Translations under genes and position numbers: made by a program | The notes under the pieces: model-generated | What the model was told of the DNA's origin: nothing | The model's database searches: none | The model's input: only the letters and a program-made list of their open reading frames with translations | DNA from: an uncultured Smithella sp. | GTDB lineage: Bacteria > Desulfobacterota > Syntrophia > Syntrophales > Smithellaceae | Length of the DNA: 64,000 nt | Direction of reading: 5' to 3' | Assembly (NCBI GenBank): GCA_964469905.1 | Contig: CAYXZW010000001.1 | Location: 134,783-198,782 of the forward strand | Shown here: positions 19,323 to 29,605 of the stretch, one piece after another | Layout: each line of letters starts with the position of its first letter | Position numbering within the stretch: the stretch's first letter is position 1

Positions 19323-20594
19323 TCATTTATATTTATCGCCGTTATTATCCGTTTTGCCATCCTCCGGTTGGTCGTATTGGGCGATAATATCTTTTAGCTC
19401 CATTTCATCATGATTTTCCAGAATAACATAGGACAGGCCGTCATCATCTTTAAGAGTCAATGATGGAATCTTGTAGGCATCATCAACTGAGGATGTATAG
19501 ACAACATCCTGAACGGCGTTGGGATCAATCAACGAAGAAATGTAATCCGTTTCTTTGGAAGAATCCGCCCCCATGCCAAAACTTTTATGGGGATGAATGA
19601 AGGAACTTATATTGTTGATAAATTCCTTCTTGTAAAGATCCATGGTAAACATGCCTTCATTTCTGCTTGTGAGCATTGTTGTTTCTAATTGGGTAAGTTT
19701 GTTCTCCCGAATGCTGCTCCGCACCGAGGAAGAACCGCGGGTTATTGATAGCAGGGGGACTCGAAAACCGGCCTTCTCGATAAATGTCAGTTGTTGAACA
19801 ATCAACCAGGAAAGTGTTGAAGCAAACTGGTAGCGAATAACCTCCTGGTTTTCACCGGACACAGAATTATTGATCCGGTAGATCGCATCTTCCGCATCAG
19901 TAGCATGGAGAGTCCCGAATACGAGATGCCCGGACTCAGCTGCATTGAGGGTAAGACGGATTGTATCCGGCTCCCTTAATTCCCCAACAAAAATCACATC
20001 AGGATTTTCCCGAAGAACATCCAGCAGTCCCTGCTCAAAAGACGGTACATGAATGCCAACTTCCCGTTGTTCAATAAAAGCTTTTTTGGGCTTAAAACGG
20101 TATTCTATGGGGTCTTCAATCGTAATAATATGCACTGGTCTGGTTCGATTTATTTCTTCAATAATTGCCGCGACTGTAGTAGACTTGCCTGACCCTGTGC
20201 CACCGCAGACTAGAATGAGACCAGACTTGAGATCCCGAATCTGGTTAAGTGAGGGATGTAAATTCAGTGATGTAATATCCGGAATCGTCTCTGGTAGGAG
20301 GCGTATGGCTAAGCTTAATCCGCGCGTTGTATAAAAAGCATTGATTCTTACCCGGACATGGTTGAATGAAACGGCGTAATCGACAGACCATCTTTTTCGA
20401 AGAGTAAGTAACTGTCGTTCACTCAACATCTCTTTGACCATATTATCTATTTCAGTAGCCGACCATTTAACGTTTTTATCGAAATGGATTTCTCCCTCAC
20501 TGCGGAAAATCAAGGGAAAGCCTCCGGTAATGTGAAGATCGGAAATTCTCTGTTTAATAGCGGCTAAAATCAAGTCTTGGAAGCGTTTGTTCAT
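19323..20594 (-). CDS. PilT-family (type IV pilus retraction-like) hexameric ATPase with an acidic C-terminal extension
   Basis: 423 aa with Walker A GGTGSGKSTT, Walker B VIFVGELRE and His box GHLVFGTLHA. About 80 extra C-terminal residues are rich in D/E. No other pilus genes are present in the window. Confidence 0.85.
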   Translation of the reverse strand: MNKRFQDLILAAIKQRISDLHITGGFPLIFRSEGEIHFDKNVKWSATEIDNMVKEMLSERQLLTLRKRWSVDYAVSFNHVRVRINAFYTTRGLSLAIRLLPETIPDITSLNLHPSLNQIRDLKSGLILVCGGTGSGKSTTVAAIIEEINRTRPVHIITIEDPIEYRFKPKKAFIEQREVGIHVPSFEQGLLDVLRENPDVIFVGELREPDTIRLTLNAAESGHLVFGTLHATDAEDAIYRINNSVSGENQEVIRYQFASTLSWLIVQQLTFIEKAGFRVPLLSITRGSSSVRSSIRENKLTQLETTMLTSRNEGMFTMDLYKKEFINNISSFIHPHKSFGMGADSSKETDYISSLIDPNAVQDVVYTSSVDDAYKIPSLTLKDDDGLSYVILENHDEMELKDIIAQYDQPEDGKTDNNGDKYK

Positions 20595-20739
20595 ATAGTA
20601 TCCCTCTTTGTTTTATCAGCCGAGGATATGAGAAAAGCCTTGCGGCGTCAAGCATAAATGATTATTAAAAAAACAATATATACCTGAAACCATCACTTAA
20701 ACTAATTTCAGAGAAATTACACTGTTTCAGAGAAATGAC

Positions 20740-20768
20740 TTGAACAGAGTGCAATTTGTTGGTAACAT
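20740..20768 (+). promoter_or_regulatory. Candidate promoter upstream of dtd
   Basis: TTGAAC (20740-20745), a 17-nt spacer, then TAACAT (20763-20768), 25 nt before the dtd ATG. Confidence 0.25.
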
Positions 20769-20792
20769 GATTTTATATAGGCGAGATCGTCA

Positions 20793-21242
20793 ATGCGTGC
20801 AGTAATTCAGAGAGTCAACAGGGCAAGCGTCAAAATTAACAACAAAGAAATCTCCTCGATCAGCGAAGGGATACTCGTATTTTTAGGTGTGGAAAAAGAA
20901 GACTCAAAATCTGATGCTGATTATATTCTGGATAAAATTATCAATCTACGTATCTTTGAGGACGATCAAAGCAGGATGAATTTGTCTTTGCTTGATGTCA
21001 GCGGCGATATGATGGTGGTTTCTCAATTCACTTTACTTGGCGATTGTACAAAAGGTCGTCGGCCGTCTTTTTTTCGGGCGGAAGATCCTGTTCCGGCTAA
21101 TGAACTATATGAATATTTTGTCGGGAAAGCGGCCGCAAAAGTAAAAAATCTGGCTTGCGGGAAATTTCAGGAAATGATGCAAATTGAATTGGTCAATAAT
21201 GGGCCGGTAACAATATTGCTGGACAGTAAAAAGAGTTTTTAA
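20793..21242 (+). CDS. dtd: D-aminoacyl-tRNA deacylase
   Basis: 149 aa. MRAVIQRV...SQFTLLGD...KGRRPSF...NNGPVT is the canonical Dtd pattern. Confidence 0.9.
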   Translation: MRAVIQRVNRASVKINNKEISSISEGILVFLGVEKEDSKSDADYILDKIINLRIFEDDQSRMNLSLLDVSGDMMVVSQFTLLGDCTKGRRPSFFRAEDPVPANELYEYFVGKAAAKVKNLACGKFQEMMQIELVNNGPVTILLDSKKSF

Positions 21243-21250
21243 AAGAATAA

Positions 21251-21736
21251 ATGGAAAATTGTGACATTAAAATTGACAAAGAAGGAACATGGTACTATCG
21301 CGGTGCCCATATGTTTCGTAAGGATATATTGTGTATTTTTTTTGAAAATATTAAAATTGATGCATATGGAAATTACCTGATAGAATTGGGCGAAGAGATC
21401 TGTTATCTTGATGTTGAAGACACCGCTTTTGTTGTGACGGCAGTCTATAAGACAAGGCAAGAAGATGATACTACTGATCAAATTGATGTTCTTTTGACCG
21501 ATGATTCACTGGAAAAATTAGATTTAAACACTCTATATGTCGGTAAAGAAAATGTCCTGTATTGCTCGGTTAAGGATAAAAAATTTAAAGCAAGATTTTC
21601 GCGGAATAGTTACTATCAATTGGCCCAGTTCATTGAACCGGATGAAAAAGAAAATTGTTTTTTTATCAGCTTAAATAATGAAAAATATTATATTGAGCCG
21701 TTGTTTAACAATAACTGTAGCATTGTACCGGCATAA
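21251..21736 (+). CDS. DUF1285-like hypothetical protein
   Basis: 161 aa. The N-terminal IDKEGTWYYRGAHMFRKDILCIFF resembles the DUF1285 signature as I recall it. Assignment is from memory only. Confidence 0.55.
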   Translation: MENCDIKIDKEGTWYYRGAHMFRKDILCIFFENIKIDAYGNYLIELGEEICYLDVEDTAFVVTAVYKTRQEDDTTDQIDVLLTDDSLEKLDLNTLYVGKENVLYCSVKDKKFKARFSRNSYYQLAQFIEPDEKENCFFISLNNEKYYIEPLFNNNCSIVPA

Positions 21737-21812
21737 AAGGCCGAAATGTAATTGTCAGTAATAAATGGTCTCGCCACCGGAATGGTGGTTATTGCATAAC
21801 ATTTCCATATAA

Positions 21813-23300
<1,488 letters not shown>

Positions 23301-23323
23301 TAAATTATTATTTATTTTCATTA

Positions 23324-23360
23324 CCTGCAAGTTATCACACTCCAATTGGTAACTTGCAGG
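23324..23360 (+). terminator. Hairpin downstream of guaB (possible terminator, no clear U-tract)
   Basis: An 11-bp perfect stem, CCTGCAAGTTA (23324-23334) with TAACTTGCAGG (23350-23360), and a 15-nt loop. It is followed by TGAAACG. Confidence 0.35.
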
Positions 23361-23436
23361 TGAAACGTAATGATTATTAAGTTAATTATTTATTCTTCCT
23401 TCAAATTTTTTTATTCTTAAAGATGTGTAACCAACA

Positions 23437-26400
23437 ATGAAACATTCTGATTTTGTTCATCTTCATGTCCATACTCAATATAGCCTTCTCGACGGTATGA
23501 TCCGTCTTCATGAACTATTCAAAAAGGCCAAGGAATTTGCCATGCCGGCAATTGCCATCACCGACCACGGTAATATGTTCGGTGCTATAGATTTTTATAA
23601 ACAGGCTTATGCCGGTGGCATTAAACCAATTATTGGTTGCGAACTCTATGTCGCACCGCGTAGTCGTTTTGATAAGACACCATCATCAATCGGGGAAGCC
23701 ACACGTCATTTAGTTGTCCTGGTCAAAAACATGCAAGGTTATAAGAATTTAATGAAACTTACCTCTGCAGCTCACATTGAAGGTTTTTATTACCGGCCTC
23801 GTGTGGATAAAGAATTACTCAAACAATATTCTGATGGTCTGATCGTGTCGAGCGCCTGTCTGCATGGTGAAGTCGCCGCTCATATCATCCGTGGTAATAT
23901 GGACGAAGCGAGGAGAGCCGCCTGCGAATTCCGCGAAATATTCGGTGAGGATAATTTCTATCTGGAAATAATGGAGAACGGAATTCCCGAGCAGTCTATT
24001 GCCAACAGGGGACTGATAGAACTGAGCAAAGAACTTTCCATTCCTCTTATTGCCACAAACGATTGCCATTACCTTAATGCCGACCATGCCGAGGCGCACA
24101 ACATACTTTTGTGCATCCAAACAGGTAAAACCATTGAAGATAGCGACCGTATGTCTATGACATCGGATCAGTTTTATGTCAAATCCCCGGCGGAAATGCA
24201 TGCACTTTTTGCCGCAATACCGGAAGCGATAGCCAATACGGTGAGCATAGCGGAAAGATGCAATCTAACTTTTGAATTCGGTAAGTTCTATTTGCCAAAA
24301 TTTGAAGTCAAGAATCCAGAAGAAACTCTGGAAGATTATTTGCAGCGCAAAGCCTTGGAAGGCCTGGAAAAGCTGATGCCGAGTATTCTTAAATACCAGA
24401 AAGAAGATGAGGCTGTTGTTCGTGAGAAATATAATAAGCGTCTACATACAGAGTTGGAAATTATTAAAAAAATGGGGTTTTCGGGATATTTTTTAATCGT
24501 TTCGGATTTTATTAAGCATGCCAAACACAATGATGTTCCTGTCGGCCCTGGCCGTGGTTCCGCTGCAGGTTCTCTTGTTGCCTATGCCATACGTATTACA
24601 GATATTGATCCTCTCCGTTACGGCTTGTTTTTTGAAAGATTTCTTAATCCGGATAGAATAAGCATGCCGGATATTGATATTGATTTTTGCCAGGAACGCC
24701 GTGGTGAAATTATTAAATACGTAACTGATAAATACGGCAAGGATAAAGTTACGCAAATTTGCACTTTCGGGAAAATGATGGCCAAAGGTGTAATCCGGGA
24801 TGTAGGGCGAGCGCTCAACATTCCTTATGGCGATGCGGATCGTATCGCCAAACTTGTACCAAATGTTTTAAATATCACGCTTGCCGATGCTTTTAAAATG
24901 GAGCCTCGATTTGAAGAGGAACGCAGGAAGAATCCGCAAATTGACAAAATGCTGTCTCTTTCAGTTATACTGGAAGGTCTAAATCGACACTCATCGATAC
25001 ATGCCGCCGGCGTTGTTATTTCCGATGCACCATTGGTCGAAAGGGTCCCTTTGTTCGCACCGAAAGACGATATCGTTTCGCAATACTCGATGAAAGATAT
25101 CGAGGCAGTTGGACTTACAAAATTTGATTTTCTTGGTCTCAAGACCCTCACAGTTATAAAAAATACAGTTAATTTTATCAAGGAATCACATAATATTGAC
25201 ATTGATATCAATGACCTGCCGTTAGATAATAAAGAAACATATCATCTTTTGATGAAGGGCGACACTGACGGCGTTTTCCAACTGGAAAGTTCCGGTATGA
25301 AGGATCTTCTGGTAAATTTTAAACCTGATCACATTGAAGATATAATTGCTTTGATTGCGGCTTATCGTCCCGGCCCGATGAAAATGATACCCGATTTTAT
25401 TGCCCGCAAGCATGGAAAACAGCAAATAATTTATGAATTACCACAGTTAGAATCGATTTTGAAAGAAACATACGGCATCATCCTGTATCAGGAACAGGTC
25501 ATGCAAATTGCCAATGTGATTGGCGGTTACACAATGGCTCAGGCCGACACGCTACGCAAAGTCATGGGTAAAAAGCAGGTTTCGGCGATGGAAAAGGAGA
25601 AACCAAAATTTCTCGACGGCGCGAAGAAGCAAAAAATCAATGAAGTCAAAGCGAAAACTATTTGGGACCAGATGGAGACATTTGCCGAATATGGCTTCAA
25701 TAAATCACACAGTGCCGCCTATGCCATTATTACATATCAGACTGCCTATTTAAAGACCCACTATCCTGTTTGTTTTATGGCTGCATTACTTACATCGGAA
25801 AAAGACAACCGCGACAAGATTATCAGACACATGAATAACTGTAAAGAGATGGGAATTAATGTTTTACCGCCGGATATTAATGAATCACAAAAAGATTTTA
25901 GTATTTCCGGAGATAATATCCGTTTTGGTCTCGCGGCAGTTAAAAATGTAGGAGAAGCAGCTATTGAATCAATTATCGCTGTGCGCCAGGAAGCATTTTT
26001 CCCCTCATTCATGGATTTTTTGAACCGAGTTGATCTGCGCAAAGTCAATAAAAGGGTTATTGAAAGTTTAATCAAGTGTGGTTCTTTTGATTCATTGGGT
26101 TATTACCGACGTCAACTAATCGAATCTCTGGACCAATCCATGGAAGAGGCTCAACGTAAACAAAAAGAATTGCTGAGTAATCAATCAAGTTTCTTCGATG
26201 ACCTTGATGGTTCCGGTTCATCGAAGGAAAATGGGAATAATGGATCATACTCGATTCCTGTTCTTCCTGAATGGGATCGTAAACAACTCCTCTCGCTTGA
26301 GAAAGAAACCCTTGGTTTTTATATCTCCGGACATCCTTTACATGGTTATTCCGACAAATTAAAACTGGTAACAAACACAAATTCCAGTACTTTGAATATG

Positions 26401-26907
26401 AAACGGGATAAAGATACCATCATTATTGCAGGAGTAATAAGTTCTCTCAACGAAAGACCAACCAAGCGAAAAGACATAATGTGTAATGTTGTTCTGGAAG
26501 ATTTACAGGGTTCGGTGAATATTATTTTCTGGGCGGACACGTATAAAAAATATTATGATCTTCTGCATGCAGATGAACCGATTGTCGTTCAGGGAATGAT
26601 TGACGTTGGTGACGAATCCCTCAAGATCATTGCTCAGGAGGTCATCTCGCTGGCCAAATCACTGGAAAACCCCTATAAGCAAATTCGATTTATGATCGAT
26701 TCGGAAAAGATTTCGCCTGATATTATTACTTGCCTTTACAATTCCATAAAAAATTATACAGGTAAATATGATAGTTATATTCATATTATCAATGGAAAAA
26801 GTGAAACAATCGTTTACTTAGGTGATAATTTACGGCTGGATATTAATGACAATTTAAAGCGAGAAGTTGATAGTATATTAGGGGAGGGCGCAACAACTTA
26901 TTGTTAA
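23437..26907 (+). CDS. dnaE: DNA polymerase III alpha subunit
   Basis: 1156 aa with an N-terminal PHP domain (FVHLHVHTQYSLLDG), the polymerase core (PDIDIDF) and a C-terminal OB fold. Confidence 0.95.
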   Translation: MKHSDFVHLHVHTQYSLLDGMIRLHELFKKAKEFAMPAIAITDHGNMFGAIDFYKQAYAGGIKPIIGCELYVAPRSRFDKTPSSIGEATRHLVVLVKNMQGYKNLMKLTSAAHIEGFYYRPRVDKELLKQYSDGLIVSSACLHGEVAAHIIRGNMDEARRAACEFREIFGEDNFYLEIMENGIPEQSIANRGLIELSKELSIPLIATNDCHYLNADHAEAHNILLCIQTGKTIEDSDRMSMTSDQFYVKSPAEMHALFAAIPEAIANTVSIAERCNLTFEFGKFYLPKFEVKNPEETLEDYLQRKALEGLEKLMPSILKYQKEDEAVVREKYNKRLHTELEIIKKMGFSGYFLIVSDFIKHAKHNDVPVGPGRGSAAGSLVAYAIRITDIDPLRYGLFFERFLNPDRISMPDIDIDFCQERRGEIIKYVTDKYGKDKVTQICTFGKMMAKGVIRDVGRALNIPYGDADRIAKLVPNVLNITLADAFKMEPRFEEERRKNPQIDKMLSLSVILEGLNRHSSIHAAGVVISDAPLVERVPLFAPKDDIVSQYSMKDIEAVGLTKFDFLGLKTLTVIKNTVNFIKESHNIDIDINDLPLDNKETYHLLMKGDTDGVFQLESSGMKDLLVNFKPDHIEDIIALIAAYRPGPMKMIPDFIARKHGKQQIIYELPQLESILKETYGIILYQEQVMQIANVIGGYTMAQADTLRKVMGKKQVSAMEKEKPKFLDGAKKQKINEVKAKTIWDQMETFAEYGFNKSHSAAYAIITYQTAYLKTHYPVCFMAALLTSEKDNRDKIIRHMNNCKEMGINVLPPDINESQKDFSISGDNIRFGLAAVKNVGEAAIESIIAVRQEAFFPSFMDFLNRVDLRKVNKRVIESLIKCGSFDSLGYYRRQLIESLDQSMEEAQRKQKELLSNQSSFFDDLDGSGSSKENGNNGSYSIPVLPEWDRKQLLSLEKETLGFYISGHPLHGYSDKLKLVTNTNSSTLNMKRDKDTIIIAGVISSLNERPTKRKDIMCNVVLEDLQGSVNIIFWADTYKKYYDLLHADEPIVVQGMIDVGDESLKIIAQEVISLAKSLENPYKQIRFMIDSEKISPDIITCLYNSIKNYTGKYDSYIHIINGKSETIVYLGDNLRLDINDNLKREVDSILGEGATTYC

Positions 26908-26908
26908 T

Positions 26909-27628
26909 ATGAAATATGAAGAAAAAATATATAGATCATTAATTAATAAAGATAATTTAATTTCATATAACGTAAAAATTGCCGAGAGCGATCTGTTCAT
27001 CAGCTCGGATATAAACTTGGCAGAGTCAGCCGAAAAATCATTATTAAAACATCGCAATTCTTTAGAATCATACATTAATAATTATCCGGAATTTCGCACG
27101 GCGCTTTTACCACTACACAAAGACGATTTAGCGCCACCGATTATCCGCGATATGCTCAGCAAATCAAAAATCTGCGGGGTAGGACCCATGGCCTCGGTTG
27201 CTGGCGCCATATCCGAATTTGTGGGTTATGATCTTCTCAATCAGACAGAAAATCTCATTATCGAAAATGGCGGGGACATCTTTCTTCGGTCTAAAAACAA
27301 ACTAACAGTTTCCATTTATGCAGGAGAATCTGCTTTAAGTTATAAGCTCAATATGCTTATAAAACCAGAGGAAACACCTCTGGGAATATGCACGTCATCC
27401 GCCACGGTTGGACCATCGTTAAGCTTTGGAAAAGCGGATGCGATTTGTGTCATTTCCCAATCCGCGACACTCGCCGACGCCGCAGCCTCAGCCGTCGGTA
27501 ATCGTGTAAAAAGTAAAAAAGACATAAAAACATCTCTGGATTACGGAATCAAAATACCTGGTGTGACAGGTATAATAATCATCTGCGGCAAAGATATGGG
27601 CATAATCGGGAATGTCGAGTTAGTTTAA
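26909..27628 (+). CDS. UPF0280 / ApbE-like family protein
   Basis: 239 aa. GVGPMASVAGAISEFVG...ENGGDIF is ApbE-superfamily-like. The ATG lies 1 nt after the dnaE stop. Confidence 0.6.
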   Translation: MKYEEKIYRSLINKDNLISYNVKIAESDLFISSDINLAESAEKSLLKHRNSLESYINNYPEFRTALLPLHKDDLAPPIIRDMLSKSKICGVGPMASVAGAISEFVGYDLLNQTENLIIENGGDIFLRSKNKLTVSIYAGESALSYKLNMLIKPEETPLGICTSSATVGPSLSFGKADAICVISQSATLADAAASAVGNRVKSKKDIKTSLDYGIKIPGVTGIIIICGKDMGIIGNVELV

Positions 27629-27851
27629 TATGATTATTTTTGTTTCAGTGTAACGGTGAGTAAGTCGGATTTTAAACACTACCATATTAATGTTTACATA
27701 ACATATCTTATTAGACGTAATATAAATATTATATATTCAGAAAAATGGGGCCATAAAACGATAAAATCGGCATATCATCTTGTAATCAGATAAAATATAC
27801 CGATCTCCAATTAAGCCTTCAGTCAAACAGCTTCGGTCTTCAGTCTTTTTC

Positions 27852-28817
27852 TTAAATCCCATCCTCAGCCAACTGCTTAATAAGTTTTTGCTGACGGTCA
27901 GACAGTTTTGAAGGAACATCAACATTTATCTTGACATATTGATCACCTTTTAATGCCCCTTTAAGACCGGGAACGCCGAACCCCTTCATACGTATTTTTG
28001 TATTGTTTTGTGTGCCCGGAGAAATTTTCAATCTTTTTATTGTACCATCCAGAGTGGGAATGTCAATTATAGTTCCCAGCACTGCCTGTGAAAATTTTAT
28101 ACTTTTTTCAATATACAAATCATTTCCGTCTCGGGAGAATATTGGATGGGGCAATACATTAATGTTAAGATATAAATCTCCATTAGGCCCACCGTTATAG
28201 CCGGTAAGCCCCTTTCCTGGTAAGCGCAGTTTTTTCCCCGTGCTGATGCCAGCTGGAATCTTAACATTGATTTCTTCAATTCTATTTTCGATTTGCAGCG
28301 AAAGCTTCTTATCTGCGCCTAAAACAGATTCTTCCAATGATATCGATAAATTATATTCAACATCCTGTCCTTTTTCTTGCATTGGATCATATTGCTGACC
28401 ACCGCGACCCATTCCACCAAACAGTCCGGCGAAAGGATCTTCATAATCACGCGAACCGGTGCCTCCCCTTCTGCCGCTTGTGCGAAATGTCGTTGATCGG
28501 CCTCCTCCTCTCATACCTCCGAACCCAAAACTACGTAATATTTCATCAAGATCAACGCCCCGGAAAATATCCTCCTGAGAATACTGCTGGCGGTACTGGT
28601 CTGCAGAGCCAAACTGATCATATTGTTGACGTTTTTCCGGGTCACTTAAAACAGCGTAAGCTTCACTGATTTTTTTAAATTTTTCTTCTGAGGCAGCTTT
28701 ATTATTAGGATTTTTATCGGGATGCCATTTTACAGCTAACTTTCGATAAGCTTTTTTAATTTCATCGGCAGATGCCTGCTTAGATAAACCAAGTATTTGA
28801 TAATAATCTTCAGACAT
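27852..28817 (-). CDS. cbpA: DnaJ-class co-chaperone without zinc finger (CbpA-like)
   Basis: 321 aa: a J domain with HPD (YYQILGL...WHPDKN), a G-rich linker and DnaJ C-terminal domains. There is no CxxCxGxG repeats. Confidence 0.85.
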   Translation of the reverse strand: MSEDYYQILGLSKQASADEIKKAYRKLAVKWHPDKNPNNKAASEEKFKKISEAYAVLSDPEKRQQYDQFGSADQYRQQYSQEDIFRGVDLDEILRSFGFGGMRGGGRSTTFRTSGRRGGTGSRDYEDPFAGLFGGMGRGGQQYDPMQEKGQDVEYNLSISLEESVLGADKKLSLQIENRIEEINVKIPAGISTGKKLRLPGKGLTGYNGGPNGDLYLNINVLPHPIFSRDGNDLYIEKSIKFSQAVLGTIIDIPTLDGTIKRLKISPGTQNNTKIRMKGFGVPGLKGALKGDQYVKINVDVPSKLSDRQQKLIKQLAEDGI

Positions 28818-28907
28818 AGATCACCTAATCCAATGATTTAAGTATGTAATACAACATTTAGCATTATAAGTGTATTTTAAATATTTATTCTTAATTATAC
28901 ACAATAT

Positions 28908-29492
28908 TTATGTATTTAGGCCGCTTTGGAAAGCAGCTAAATTGACTTTGGTTAACTTCTCTGGAAATGCCTTTCTTATTACATTTTCCCAGATTGATAA
29001 TGGTATTTCCATTAATTTAGCTATTGCACCAATAAGCACAACATTTGCAGTTTTTATATTACCCGACTGTTTGGCCAATGCTGTCGCGTCTATTTCCTTT
29101 ACCAGTCCATAATTACTTTTCAATAAAGGAATGGCATTTTCAGGATAAGGAACATCTCCGGAATTAACTGCCGGCGGATATATCTCCTCGGTATTAATGA
29201 TTATTGTGGCATCTTTGGTTAAATAATTTAAGTATCGGAGACTTTCCATCTTCTCGAAAGCAACCAAGAGATCAATACTTCCCAGTTTAGCCAGCGGTGA
29301 ATAGACTTTATTGCCATAACGAACGTGACTGGTTACACAACCTCCGCGTTGTGCCATTCCATGAACTTCGCTCTTCTTAACATCAAGACCAGCTTCCATA
29401 ATTGCCATACACATAATATCGCTGGCTCTAAGAATGCCCTGTCCGCCAACGCCTGCAAGCAAAATACTTCTTACGTTTTTATCCGCCATCAA
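28908..29492 (-). CDS. iorB: Indolepyruvate:ferredoxin oxidoreductase beta subunit
   Basis: 194 aa. GVGGQGILRASDI...HGMAQRGG is typical of the 2-oxoacid:Fd oxidoreductase gamma-type domain. It lies downstream of iorA. Confidence 0.85.
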   Translation of the reverse strand: MMADKNVRSILLAGVGGQGILRASDIMCMAIMEAGLDVKKSEVHGMAQRGGCVTSHVRYGNKVYSPLAKLGSIDLLVAFEKMESLRYLNYLTKDATIIINTEEIYPPAVNSGDVPYPENAIPLLKSNYGLVKEIDATALAKQSGNIKTANVVLIGAIAKLMEIPLSIWENVIRKAFPEKLTKVNLAAFQSGLNT

Positions 29493-29605
29493 ATTGACCT
29501 CTTCATTAAAAATAGAATTTTGAGATCCCTAATGTTTCGCTTTAGGGATCGATTCCGCCAGCGCTTCAATCTTGCTTCAGTACGCTCGCTTTCAGCAAGT
29601 ATAAT

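Noticed and set aside
19322-19360. A 38-nt overlap between the PilT-like gene and the radical SAM gene, implied by the track start at 19360
   Set aside because: The internal ATG at 19321 yields the canonical MSKKILLINPW N-terminus of B12-binding radical SAM proteins and sits 1 nt after the PilT-like stop. The longer form adds 13 unconserved-looking residues.
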